From contig MEDY01000021.1 in NCBI GenBank assembly GCA_001724265.1, positions 62,001 to 126,000 of the forward strand: a DNA stretch of 64,000 bases, read 5' to 3'. This document shows, one piece after another, positions 1 through 12,850 of the stretch. Within the stretch, counting starts at the first letter, position 1. The number at the start of each line of letters is the position of its first letter. The notes beneath the pieces were generated by a model. The model saw only the letters and a list, made by a program, of their open reading frames with translations. It searched no databases and was not told the origin of the DNA. The position numbers and the translations under genes were made by a program. The DNA comes from Rhizaria sp. SCN 62-66 (lineage: Eukaryota).

Positions 1-747
1 AATCCGGCTTCAGGGCGACGTGGTTCCGAAAAAAAATCGGGCTGCTTGGGACAGTTAAGAAATCGAACCAGATTTCGAAGGCATAAAAGTGGCACTAAGA
101 ATGGCCGTGATAGCGTTTTTGTGACGTGATGCTCTACAACATCGTGCGATTTGTCGTTATTTAAGCCGTTGCTTCTTCACTCTGCATGAATACTGCTCAA
201 TATCCCTTGGACTGGTCCAACAGTGGCCCGTTCTGAAGACGAATCCTGTGGCACCTAAAAAAGCACCCCGCCGGTCTATCTGCGTGGCCAGAATCAAACA
301 ACTAATGTGAACGTGATGTATGTGTGCTAATTTTTAACGGCCGTTGCGCTGATAGATCTTAGCGACGGTATGCGACGTGCTTCAGGCAACCGTATGCCTC
401 TTTGACTCGACACGCGCTGCCCTAACGCCCTCAACCGCTCCCCAATGCATAATTCCTCGTGTGTATTAGCCATAATCACTTCTGCGACCGCGCCACATCA
501 CCATTGCTCCTATTTTTATGTACTTTTTGCTTGCTCTTGCCCTCCCAGGTCGCCCGTCAAGGTCACACACTCGCACACAGCGTTTGCTGTCCCCTCCACT
601 CGCCCCACCTTCCCTTCCCTCCCCGGCCCTCCAGGCCCAGCCCAGACTCGCCCAGCGTCCGCGCTCGGCCCTGCGCTTTCCCTCGCGCGCCTCTCAGTTC
701 CCCGCACACACCGCAACAGCCCGCTTGTGTCGTGATTTGTGTGCGTC

Positions 748-3700
748 ATGGGAGCGTGCGCCAGTGTCCCCAAATCCGCCGACAGCGGCAGCGGCGGCAC
801 ACATAAAAAGAACGCCAAGAACAACAAGACCAACGGCGCCGACTTCGCTGACGGTGGCGGTGGCGCGAACAACGCGGCCCCCGCCGGCCGCGTCTGGTCC
901 TCGAGCCCCGCCACCCCGCGCCTCGGTCACCGCTCCGCCGACGCCGCCGCCGACAGCAACGCCACCTCCGCCTCCGCGTCTCCGGCGCCGGGCTCGGCGT
1001 CGGCCTCGGTGGCGGCAAGCGCGGCGGCATCCCCGAGCCGGCCCGTACTGCACGTGGACGACAGCCTCGCCGACTTCAACTTTGATGACGACGACACGGC
1101 GGACCGGACGCGCCCCGCGACGCGGTCACACGCCGCCGCGGCCGGCCACCGCGGGCCCGCCAACGCGGGGTCTAGCGCCAGCGGGGACAACAGCACCACG
1201 CCCACCACGGCCCGCAGCCACAACAACGCGGCTGCCGGGCACAGCAACACCGCGGACAAGAACAACGGAAGCAATGTGACCGAGTCGTCGCCGCCGGCGA
1301 CTAGGGGACTGTGCGGTTCTGGCGGCGCCGCGACCCCGGTGTCGTCGAGCCACAACTCGCCGTCCAACGGCTGCAGCAACGGCGGTGGCCTCTGCTCCGG
1401 CGGCTCTAACAACAACAACAACAACAACAACAATAACAATGGTAGCAATTCTAACAATAACTCCAATATGCGCTCCCGTGGTGGCTCTAGCGCGGGCGCG
1501 ACTGCCTCAAACGCGGCCTCCCCTGCCCCCAACAGCAGCAGCAACAACGCAGGCACGGGCGCGGGCGCGGGTGTCTCTGCTGCCGGCTCCAGCGCCAAGT
1601 CGAGCGACGGCAGCGAGTCTGCGTTCCTCACGATCCCGATGTTCGACGAGCTCGACATGAAGGCCATGCAGGTCATCCGCAAAGTCTTCACCACCAAGAC
1701 GTTTGCCGAGGGCGACATCGTGCAGCCGCCGCGGTTTCCGCGCGCGCGGACTCGGCCGGTGCGGCCGAAGCCTCTCGTGCCGGGGCTCAAAGCCAAGGCT
1801 AAGAAGGACAAGGCCGAGGCCAAGGAAGCGAAGGAGGCCAAGGCCAAGGCTGCTGCTGAGGCTGAGGCTGAGGCTGAGGCGAAGGATGACGGGAGCAAGG
1901 CTAAGGACGATGAAGTCAAGACCGATGACACGGACAAGGCCGAGGTCAATACCACCGCTGCTGCTGAGGCTGCGGTCGACGCTGATGCCACGGACAAGGA
2001 CTCCAAGGTCGACAATGACAAGAAGGCTGCTGCTGATGCTGATAACGAGGATGAAGAGGACTCTGGGTCCGACTCTGAAGAGGACGAGGACGAGGACGAC
2101 GAGGAGGACGACGAGAACCGTCCTGTTTTGTACGTCATCGTGCGCGGCCGCCTCGGTGTCTACGCCTTCAACCAAGACCCCGTCAGCCCTAGCGCCTCCG
2201 CCACGGCCGCGGCAACGGCGGTCACCGCGAACCTGTTGGCGACCGCGATTGCGGAGGAGGGCGGGTCCACGAACGTCTCCGCCTCAGACCTTTCCGGCGC
2301 CGCCGCCGCCACCGCTGCCGCTGTGGCCGCTGCGGCTGGGAGTCAGGACGTGGAGCTGAGCGTCGACGTTGAAACCGCTAAGCCCGTCCCTGTCTCGTCC
2401 GAGAGTATTAATAACACCGCCGGCAACACGCGCACGAACCCTAGAACTGCGAGCGCCAACGCCAGCGCCGGCGACTGCGGCATCGAGCTCGTGCCCCTGA
2501 GCGCCCACGCGTCCGCCTCGGCCGCCGCGACGACCGCCAGCAGCACCGCCGACCACGATCACGACTACGACTACACCAGCGCCCACAGCAACGACAATGG
2601 TAAGGGCGCTGCACCGGCGTCCCCCGCGCCTCCGGCGTCTGCGTCATTGTGCCCGCGCCCCGCGCCGCTGTGCTCTGACCCCGCGGCCGTGGCGCCCGGG
2701 ACCGGCGCGGACGCGGTGGCCGTGAGCAGCACGGACGCGTCGACCGCCGCGCTGCGCGAGTGGCCCCGCGTCGCCGCGCCGCCGGGCTGGGCTGAGCTGC
2801 CGCTGTGCGAGCTGGGCTCAGGGCAGTTCTTCGGCGACCCCGCGCCACTCGCTGCCGTCGCTGCGATGACGGACAGCAATAATAACAACAACCCCAGCGG
2901 GGGCAAGAACGGCAAGAAGGGCGCCGGCGGGCGCCGCTCGTCGTCGGCTCCGAGCGCGCTGGAAGCGCCTGTCTACGCGCGCGCGCTGGAGCCGTGCACG
3001 CTGCTGTGCGCGACGAGGGCCGCGCTTAACGGCTCGCTGGCGGCGCACCCGAAGCTGCGCGTGGCACTCGGCATCGACCTCGTGCACGGCGTATCGGTCA
3101 CCGTCTCGCTGCAGAAGATGCCCTTCTTCTCGTCGCTGCCCGAGCCCAAGCTGGCGCTGCTGGCGATGCTCTTTGCCGGCCGCAAGGTCCCCGCCGGCAG
3201 CGTCATCTGGCGCGAGGGCCAGCACTCGGACGGCATCTACCTCCTCGTGTCCGGACTCGTCGAGTGCACTGCCGCCGGACAGGCCGGCGAAAAGGTGTTC
3301 CTGTACGCCGCCACGCCCAACACGTGGTTCGGCGAGTCCGCCATCATGAGCGGGGTGCCGCGCACCTCCACGGCCACGGCGGTCAACGACTCGGCCATGC
3401 TCTACCTCTCGCGCTCGCGCTTCGAACGGTACGTCTCCGTCACATCTCGCTATCACTATCTCTCTTTTGTGCGCTTGTTTCTAATATGAAACACAATATC
3501 GATCGGAATCTCCCCCACTCATCTTTATCTACTTTTTTGTTTTTCCTTTAGCTTTTTCCGCATCGCCCCTGAGCTCATGTCGTCGATGGCGCTGCAGTCT
3601 CCGACCAGCGCGTTCGACGACTACGACTCCCCCAACCCATACTACACGGGCGGGGGCAGCAGCTCCTCCACGGCCAGCACCCCCACCTCCGGCGGTGGCG

Positions 3701-6700
3701 GTGGCAGCGGCAACAACAGCGGTTCTACGACGCCCGTGCGGCGGTCGATCATCGCGCACTCCAAGGCCGTGGGCGCGGTGCACTCGGCGGCGTCGCCGTC
3801 GGGCATGGCCGGCATGGACTCGCTGCTGCATCTGCGCAACGGCTCCATCCTCAAGACCATCCCGCTCTTTGACGGGTTGCGGCGCAAGACGGTCGGCGCG
3901 CTCGAGGTCTGGGATGACCGCCGGCTGGCGCAGCTGGGCGAGCTGCTGCGCTGGGTGACTGTGCGCGCGGGCGACGTCATCACGCCGAACCCCAATGTCG
4001 ACGCGAATAACGCCGCCAACATCCACGGCACGAACGCGCAGGGCAGCAACGCGAGTACCGCAAACGCTAACAACAAGTCCTCGTCCTCCTCCTCCACTAC
4101 GGCCGCGGGCGCGGCGACTGCGGGCGGCGCGAGCACCGTCAAGACCAACGCGACGGCCAGAGCGAGCGTGATCGCGACCGTGGGCAGTGCGGCCGGCTCG
4201 GTGACGGCGGCCGCGGCGGCCGCCGAGGAGGACGACGCGTCGATGTACATCATCGTGCGCGGCCGCTGCGCCGTGGCGACGCTGGACCCGCACACGGGCG
4301 CCGTCGTGGCCACGGTCGAGCGCGGCCGCGGCGACTACTTCGGCGAGTGGGTCCTGCTGCACAAGACGCGCCTCGACGTCGCCGTCACAGCGCTCACCGA
4401 TGGCGTGCTGTTGCGGCTGCGGCGCTGCGATTACGAGCGCTTTACGCGCGTCTGCCCCGCGGTTGGCATGGTGCTGCAACAGCGCGCTGAGCAGCGCACG
4501 GCCACGCAGCTGCGCCAGATCCCGCTGTTTCTCGACAACGTGCGCGAGAACAAGCCGTGGAGCAAGATGGACGTGCTGGCGGGGCTGTTTGTGTTCGAGC
4601 ACGTCCCCGCTGGTACGGTCGTTTTCCGCCAGGTACGTCCTATTTAGCATCGCAAAATGAGTTATCTATGCGCTGTATACTCAATTTAAACGAGATGTTG
4701 TTTTGATCATTACTCGAAATCTAGACTTCTTCGATCTCTCTTAGCATATCTCGGCATGTCTCTCACCTCGTATCAATATCTCCTCTTTTGTTCTCATGTT
4801 ACAGGGCATGCCTGCCGAGAAGCTGTACCTCGTCATCTCCGGCTCCCTTCGCATCCAGATCGCCACCCCGGCCGCCCAAGTCAAGGCCACCGGCGCCGGC
4901 GCTGCCGTTGGCGCTGGCGCTGGCATTGGAGCGAAGTCCGCGCCTGCTGCCGGCGGCTCTGTCACCCCCGGTGTGGTGTCCCCCGCCGCTGCGGCCGCCG
5001 ACCCGACCCTCGCGGCGCCCCCCGGCTTCGTGACCGAGGTGCTGGAGCTCGTCGGCGACAACACGACGCTGGGCGAGGCCGTCGTGCTCGCGGGCTCGGT
5101 CAACGCCGCTACCGCCGTCGCCGTCGCCGACTCCCTGCTGCTGACTCTCCCGCGCACCCGGCTGGCCAAGTTCTGCTCCGTGGCGCCCGAGATGCACGAC
5201 TGCCTGGTGCGCCACGCGCGGCTGCGGCTGCCGTTCTACCTCCGCGCGCTGCCGCTCTTCGGTGCCGTCGTCGAGAACAAGGCCTGGAGCAAGATCGACA
5301 TGATCTCCTCGCTCTTCTCGTTCGCAGAGTTCCAGCCGGGCGACGTCATCTTCCAGCAGAACGCCAGCTCGGGCGATAAGTTCACTGTCTTGTTCTCCGG
5401 TACTGTGATGCTGAGCCACGACCCCGCGCTTGTCCCCGCGTCGACCGCGGCGGCGGCCTCCAATGGCGCCAGCGTCGTCGCTCTCGCGCCCGCGGCCGCT
5501 GCCGCTGCTGCCTCTGCCTCTGCTGTGACTCCGGCGGCTGCGTTGTCGTCGGTCGCCGAGGCTGCCGAGCCCACCGAGAGCAACAGCAACAGCACCCGCA
5601 ACAGCAGCAGCAACAACAACGTCAACCGCGACGGCGCGAAGACTGCGACGGCGGACCCCGAGTCGATCGTGGAGGCCAGCGTCAATGCCGACGGCACCGA
5701 CAACGGGCTGGAGGACTGCGGCGAGGCCGTCAACACCGAGACTGAAGTCACTCTGTCCGAGACGGAGACCGAGGTGGCGTCTGAGGCCGAGACCGAAGTA
5801 CAGTTTGACTTCAACGCCTACGACAACAACGCCAAGGCCAACGCCGACGCTACCGCCAGCGCCAGCGCCAACGCCAGCGCCAGTCGTGCGAATGCTGAGG
5901 ACGTGGATCCCAGCGCCAGTCGGGACATCGTGGACGCGGCGGACACCGACGCCGACGCCGAGACCAAGGCTGAGGCGGAGACTGTGGCCGACGACAAGGC
6001 CGTCGCCAGCGGTGACGTCGATGCCGCCAAGCCTGAAGCTGAGACTGAGGCGGCGGCGGAGAAGGTCGAGTCTAGCAATCCTGAGACTGAGCCCGCTGCT
6101 GCTGCTGCGACCGCCGCCGAGGCTGAGACTGAAGCTGCTGCTTCTTCTGCGCCTGTTGCTGCTGCCGTCAAGCCGCGCAAGATTGTCCGCCGCCGCGTCG
6201 GCCGCGGCTTCTTCATCGGCGAGGAGACCCTGCTCCGCTCTCTGGCCGACCCGTTTTCGGGCCCTTCGTTTGCGCCCTACACCGCCACAGCCGAGACGGC
6301 GTGTCTCGCTGTCCAGCTGCCCTCCGCGGCAGCCTTCGCGCAGCTCTTCAACGCGGCGCCCGAGCTGCTGCTGCCGCTGCTCGACGCCGTGGGGGAGAAG
6401 CAGGCCGCCGGGCTCCTCGCCGCGGGCTTCGCCGACTCCGACGCCATGGCGCGCGCGCTCGTCGTCGCGCCCGCCGTGCCCGCAAACGCCGGCCCCGAGG
6501 CCGCCGCAGCCGCCGTTGCCGCCGTCGCCGCGGCCGCCGCGGCCGGGGTTAGCGTCGGCGGCGTCGGCGTGAGCCCGCTGGCGCGGGCACGCGCGCTCAG
6601 TGGACACGCCTCGGGGCCCAACTCAGGCTCGGACGCCGCGAACGCGAACGCGAATGCGCCGGCGACGGTGACGGGTGCTAGCAACGCCAGCAGTAGAGCG

Positions 6701-7096
6701 ACAACGCCCACCGCTGCCAGCGCCGCTGCTGCCGCTACTGCAAGTGGCAAGAGTGCCGCTGCGGCTGCGGCGGTGCACCAGCGTCCCCGCGCCATCTGCA
6801 TGGGCCTGAAGCTCCTCACGCCATACTCCTCATCGGCCTCCGCCAGTGCCAGCGCCAGCGCGTCCTGTGACGACTCCGCCGCCGCTGCCGGTGCAGTCGG
6901 CCCGAACGGCGTTGCGGTCCGTTTGGACGACGACGACGATGACGACGACGGCACCGTGGCGACCCCCGCTCTGAGCGAGTCCTGGTCGATGCTGGCTCAC
7001 ACACACCTCCAGGGGGTGCGGCGTCAGACCGTCGGCGGCGGCCACCATCACGGGGGGTCCATCGGCAGTGCCGGCAAGGCGGTCAACAACAACTAA
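748..7096 (+). CDS. N-myristoylated/palmitoylated protein with five cyclic-nucleotide-binding (cNMP) domains; exons 748-3428, 3552-4632, 4805-7096 (~2017 aa)
   Basis: Starts MGACAS. Five cNMP-type units open with IPMF/MPFF/IPLF/IPLF/LPLF, followed by YxIVxG-like and FGE-like motifs. Two GT-AG introns join ORFs 739-3489, 3577-4647 and 4796-7096 in frame. Confidence 0.85.
1408..1440 (+). repeat. (AAC)n trinucleotide repeat encoding poly-Asn
   Basis: aacaacaac... run inside the CDS. Confidence 0.9.
3429..3551 (+). other. Spliceosomal intron (123 nt)
   Basis: GTACGT donor, AT-rich body, TTTTCCTTTAG acceptor. Splicing gives ...SRFERFFRIAPELM..., in frame with ORF 3577. Confidence 0.9.
4633..4804 (+). 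other. Spliceosomal intron (172 nt)
   Basis: CAG/GTACGT donor and TTACAG acceptor. Splicing restores the cNMP segment VFRQ|GMPAEKLYLV. Confidence 0.9.
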
Positions 7097-8024
7097 TAAC
7101 TAAACAGCGTCGCTGATAACGAAAGCTACTAAAGCTAAACTAAAAAGTGCAACGATGCAAGGCAGGTGACCTATCTATGCCACGTTCTTGTTTGCGTTTT
7201 GTGTTGCGAATTTATCGTTTTTTTCGATACGACTTGTGTCAGAGCTAATCGTAAGAGATATAAGACGAGTTTCTAATTATTTCTGTTTGAGAGAGCAATA
7301 AGAACTGTTGACTTCTTAAGCAATCAATATGTAACGTAATCGCATGCATGTGTGCATGCGCTGTTGATGTGATATGCGTAGTGAACAGTCGGACTCACCC
7401 ACGCAGACGAGTGAGTTTGCGGTGTGATAGCATGTTTCTTTTGTTTTATTTTGTATATTATTTGCTCTGTACGTGTGTATTTCTTTGTCTCTGTTCGGTA
7501 TTCTAGTTCCGCTGCTGGCTGATGCTGTCTATCTCCGTGTGTCGAGCTCAGGCCAGCTTAGCAAAAAACGCGTCCGAAGTGGCGCCATAAAAACCAACTC
7601 ATAAATCAACATTCTTGTTTGTTAAATCACGTGCTAACATTCTCCAAACTTCATATCAAGCGAATTGACACCTTTGTTATGCTTTGTAAGTCTTGTTGAT
7701 ATTGTGGTGTTGCACTGCACGGCGCCTCATTCTGGCTCCGCGAGGTGCTGGACTGTGGCATCCTCGGCCTTTATAAACGCCTCTAATACTCGCCCTACAA
7801 TCGTCAGGTCACGACATGGTAGATTGATATACCTGAACAGTGTCAAATAATTGTATTATTTCATTGTCTTTTTTTCAACGGCTCTATATGTGTATGGGAA
7901 CTGGCAGCAACCGGAACACAGCCGCAAGCCTCGCCCTGCTCGCCGCGCCCCGATCTCCCCGTCCATCAACCAACCCTCACGCACTCACCTTGTATGTTCA
8001 CGCCTTTCCTTGAATTTAGACGCA

Positions 8025-9288
8025 ATGTCCCGTCTCCCGCGCGGCACGCCGACGCTGGTGGGCACGTTCGCGGCCCTTGTCGGTGGCATGGTCATGTACA
8101 TCACCGACCCCGAAGCTCGCAAGTACGTCAACGAGCGCGTCCTGCCGTACCGCAACCGCTGGGTGGACCGCACGCTGCAGCACCGCAAGGCGGACCTGCT
8201 CTGCTACGCTGACGGCCACGTTGTGGACATCGACGCCGAGACTGGCGCCAACGCGCAGTACTTCAACCCCTACCGCACCACTGGGCTCACTGCAGTCGAG
8301 ACCGACTCCGAGTTCACGCCCTACCTCAAGCAGTGTCTCAAGGACACGGGCTACCCGGACCCGGTTATTGTGACGGCGTCCTCGCTCGACTACCTCCGTC
8401 GCCAGCCCACGGCGTCGCTGCAGACGGTCGTCTCGACAATGAGTCTGTCGAAGCACGAGGACGCCGAGCCCATCCTGGACGAGATCCGCCGTGTTTTGCG
8501 GCCCGACGGCAAGTACATCTTCATCGAGCACTCGTCGTTCCCGGGCACGCGTGAGACGCAGGAGGCCTGGAGCAAGCTCGTGCACCCCATCACGGGCCTG
8601 CACCTGCACCCCGTCGCGGACCTGCTGACGCAGAAGTTCGGCCCCGTCTACCTCGAGGACTGGTCCGGCAAGACGGACCGCCGCGCGCCCCGCGCCAACG
8701 TCGACGTGATGCTCACCCCCGCGGGCGCGCCGCTGTACCGCCGCCCGTCCCCGGCGCTCCTGGCGCCCGGCAGCCAGCTGCTTCACGCTTGGCTCAAGAA
8801 GGACCTCGCCGACACCGTCGGCCCCACGGAGGCCAGCGCGGTCATGGACCCCTTGACCCGCTCGGCCCGCACCTCCGCGGCCATCGCGCATCCGGCGCGC
8901 GCCGCGCTGGCCGAGCGCGTTGAGCGCGGACTTGTGCCGTGGTCACTGAGGCCCGTCATCGCTGGGTATGCGCTGCACCCTGCCGCCGGCGCCACCGCCA
9001 TCTCGCAGGTATGTTTCAGTGCTCTATGTTATCTTGTGAAGTGAAACATAATCTTGTTTTAATAGTTCGTTGTATATGTTGTGGTGATGTTCTGTTATTG
9101 TGTTCTGTTTATTTTTTGTCCGTCGCATACTCATCTCGTTGTCTTACCTCTTTTTTTATCTCTTTGCATCTGTCTATTTCTTTGTTTCATTGACACAGGA
9201 GGAGGCGTTCAAGCACACTGTGAACGTGTTCCGTGAGCCGCGGTCGCAAAAGATGAAGGGCAACGGCTGGTTCTCGTGGCTTTGGTGA
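8025..9288 (+). CDS. METTL7/type-11 SAM-dependent methyltransferase-like protein with N-terminal hydrophobic anchor; exons 8025-9008, 9199-9288 (~357 aa)
   Basis: Motif-I-like VVDIDAETGAN, S(L)QTVVSTMSL, and EIRRVLRPDGKYIFIEH. Hydrophobic N-terminal stretch LVGTFAALVGGMVMYI. Confidence 0.75.
9009..9198 (+). other. Spliceosomal intron (190 nt)
   Basis: CAG/GTATGT donor, T-rich body, TTGACACAG acceptor. In-frame join to EEAFKH...GWFSWLW*. Confidence 0.85.
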
Positions 9289-9954
9289 ACTGCCTTATTG
9301 TAGCGCACACCCCAAACAACAGAGCAACTCTGCTTGAGATCGTCAGCAAACACTCGAAGCGCATGTGATTCGCCTGCAAGGTTTCTCTTTTGCTATAATA
9401 TTATTAATGTTACTGTGAAATGATACGTGTATCATGACGACAATGTGAGTCTTGTATTAATGTATCTGTCACTGCGACTGAGCTAAGGCCTGTTGAGGAT
9501 GGCCATTCTTGTGTGCAACCTACGCGTATCTGCATGTGGCTATTCTGAGAAATACAAAGCATATCCATTTCACGTACGCACAATAATACCTTGCCACTGA
9601 AAACCAATGATATAATATTATGATTTGTATATAACTTTACTTGAGAAAAAAGCTACCTCACTTTTTTCTTTGTCTCATACAATATGAGAGTGCACGCCTG
9701 CAAACATAATTCGAGATAATTTCTGTATCGTTCTTGTTTTGCTTTAACTTCCGATTTGATTTGACTTGATTGAGCTCGACTTACTGAGACTCGACTATAT
9801 AACATCATCAAACTAGGAAGCAGCAAAACCAACATCAACGATTGCGCACACGCAAAAACACACCGTCAGCGTGTCTGGCCATCATTCCTCCTCCCAACTC
9901 TTTTACATCGCCATGTATCTGCGTACCGCGCTTTGGGACACACGCGAACAGCGT

Positions 9955-12850
9955 TCAACGGCGGTCATCTCCAACGCGCTGCCCCTGCGAGCCCTGCGTG
10001 CGCTCGTACGGCAAGCGCCACCGGTTGACCCGGAGCGTTCCCTCCGCCACCGTCGCCGTCGCCAGCCCAGTCTCGACGTCCGGACCGGGGACGCCGCGCG
10101 TGATCGCGGGCTTCGGCTCGCCCTCCGGGACCACGGGCGTGCGCGTGACGGCGTAGCCCTCGGTCGCGAGCGCCTCCACGTCGGCCTGGTTGACGTCGTT
10201 GCTGCCCGCGCCCTCGGTGACAATAGGGCGCAGACCGGGCGTGTCTGTACCGCCGCCGTAGCCCTCGGCGCCGCGGCCACCGAGACCGCGGTTCGGGTCA
10301 AGGTCGATGGTGTCACCAGGTACGATCGGGCCCTTGCCGGCGGCGGCGTCGGCGGCCATGCGCGCAGCCTTGATGACGAGGTCAGAGTACTGCTCTTCGG
10401 GGGAGCTGATCTTGTCCGGCAGGGTCGGCTCGCCCTTGGCCGACGCGTTCGCAGCAGGGGTCGGGGCAGTGAACGGAGCCTATAATGCGATATCAGCAAT
10501 GACAAAGCATGAAGAAATGAATGATATTGATGAGAGATTGATAAAGTTCGCAACAGTCAATGTGGGGAAACAAAGATTTAAGACATTCGATGCAAAAGTG
10601 ATCACAACGTACCTGGTACTCAAAGTTGGGATTGGTAAACTCGAGCTGATCGAGCATAAACATCGCATCACGGTAGTAATCACCGTAATAACCCGCATAG
10701 TACTCCGAAAACTGCAACGCATAGTGCTGGATCTGGTACTGCGACACCTGCAGATCGTTGCAATCCGAGCAATGCGTGCCGAAATGCGTGCACAAGTGGC
10801 ACAGGTACGAGAAGTGGTAAGTGGTGCTGAGGCCGCGCGTGAGCGTCGGCACGAGCGCGTGCGTGACGGAGCGCGTCAGCTTGCTCGTCAGCGCCAGCGT
10901 GAGCTCGCGCGCGATCACCTCGCCCAGCCCGTCGTGGATGCCGCGAGTCAGCGTCTGGCTCAGCACGCGTGTGAGGCGCTGTGAGACGGTGTCGCCCATG
11001 CGGACAAACACGCCCTCCGAGATGGGCCCCGCGATGGCGTTGGGGATCGCGTTGGCAAGCAGGTCGGTCAGCGTCGCGGCGACGGCGTCAGTGATCAAGT
11101 GCGTCAGGTTGCGCGGGACGGCCTTGTTGACCCACGCGACGATCATACCAGGCATCGGGCCCGTCATGGCGTGCGTCATGTCCTGCGTCAGGGGCTGCGC
11201 GGTGCCGCCCAGCACGAGATCGTTACTCTGCTCAACGACGTCGCCCATCATCGTCTTAACCACAGGCTGGACCAGACCGCCCACGGTCGCCATCGAGCGC
11301 TCGATGAACGCAGCGCGCTCCTGCGAGACTGTGCTGGCGCACGCCGCGCGGCGGGCGTCGACGAGGGCGCGCGCGCGAGACAGCCGAGTCACTGCCGCAG
11401 CATTCGCGTCGGCCTCGCTGTGAGCGTCCGTACTATGGGAGGGAGCGGGGGCGTCGAGGGCGGGGCCGGCAACGGAGACGAGGCGGACAGGGGCGCCCTC
11501 ACGGACAGTGACAGGCGCAGAAGGGCGTAGCGACAACGACACAGTCGACGCGTCAGAGTGCACGGCAGCGCCGCGCGCGCCGACAATCGCGATGCCAGGC
11601 GCCTTCGTCACCGTGCTCGCAACATCAGTACCCGTGGGGGTACCCGTGGGGGTGCCCGTGGCGGCGACGGGGGCGGGGAGCACGGCGCGGCACGTGGCGA
11701 GGCGGGCCGGGGTGAGCGCCGGGGCGGCGGCAGTGGCGCAGGCCGCGAGCGCGGGGGCGCGGGAAGCCACGTGCGGCTTACCTTTATCATCGTGGGTACC
11801 AGTGCCGGTGGCGTGGTAGGACGAGATGAAGACGAGGGGCAGCATGTTGTCGCTGATGCCGCGGCCGTGGGCGTCGTCTTCGTCCTCGTCCTCATCACTG
11901 TCACTCTCATCATCGTCGTCGTCGTCATGAGGAGCGCTGATGTGGCTTCCTTCGATGAGGTCGTCATCAAGCCCCCACAGAGCGGCCAGCAACTGCGCCT
12001 CCGTCTCAACAGCATCCGCAGCAGCAGCAGCAGCATCAGTTTGGGCAGTCACAGTCTGAGCGTTGCTATTGCGACGCTTGCGGCTGCTCGTGGCGAGCTT
12101 GACGCGCATGGACCCAGGCGGGGAGCCGCCGAAGGCCTGCTCGGCCCAGCGGAACGGCGGGGAGGGCGCGGTGAGCGTGCCGCGGGGCGCGGCGGCGGCG
12201 CCGCGGAGACACTGCGAGGGGTAGATAGACGGGGACGGCGCCAGAGTGTATACGTCAACACCACGCGAAACAGAGCTGTTGTTGCTGTCGTTACTGCGAC
12301 CCGACGCAGATGCGGTGCTAGAGTCAGTGTCGCGCATGGTGACGTGGCCGTCGCGGCCGTCGTCGTTACTGTTGCTGTTCTGGTTGATGTTACCGTTATT
12401 GTTGTCGTTGCGAGAGGGAAGCGAAGGGCAGTGGAGCTCGATAGCCTGTGCGAGCTGCGCGGCCTCGGGGCGATGCCAGAGGTCCTTAATAGCGTAGCGC
12501 GAGCCGTCGACGGCACGGACGTAGATCGGCTGCGAGAAATACGCCGCCATATACACCAAATCGAACTTGTCAACGCGTGGCAACAGCGTCTCCGGGTCGG
12601 TCGACAGGCGAGTCACAGGACGCACGTCTGCAACCACCTCCAGCAGCACGGGCGGGTCCGACGGCAGCGCGGACAACGCAGACTGCGACGGCAGCGGAGA
12701 CGCGCCGCTGGAGCCAGCGGGGGGCGTGGCGGGGGTCGCGGGGAGCGGGGGGGTTGCTGCTACGGCTGGGGAGCTCAGAGCGCCCGGGGCGGAGGCCGCC
12801 AGGAGCAGCAGCGCCGCCAGGAGCCACGCGAATCGGGCCCTGATCGGCAT
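9955..12850 (-). CDS. Secreted protein of unknown function with helical Thr/Leu repeats, a C-x2-C-x6-C-x2-C motif and YYAGYYGDYY; exons 12850-10613, 10479-9955 (~920 aa)
   Basis: Signal peptide MPIRARFAWLLAALLLLAASAPGA. An intron joins ORF 10493-13003 in frame to ORF 9955-10359. Confidence 0.8.
10480..10612 (-). other. Spliceosomal intron (133 nt)
   Basis: Minus strand CAG/GTACGT donor and CATTATAG acceptor, AT-rich, in-frame join EYQ|APFTAP. Confidence 0.85.

Noticed and set aside
7393-7416. ACTCAC...GTGAGT hairpin in a 3' region
   Set aside because: A 6-bp stem is expected by chance; no SECIS or other RNA signature.
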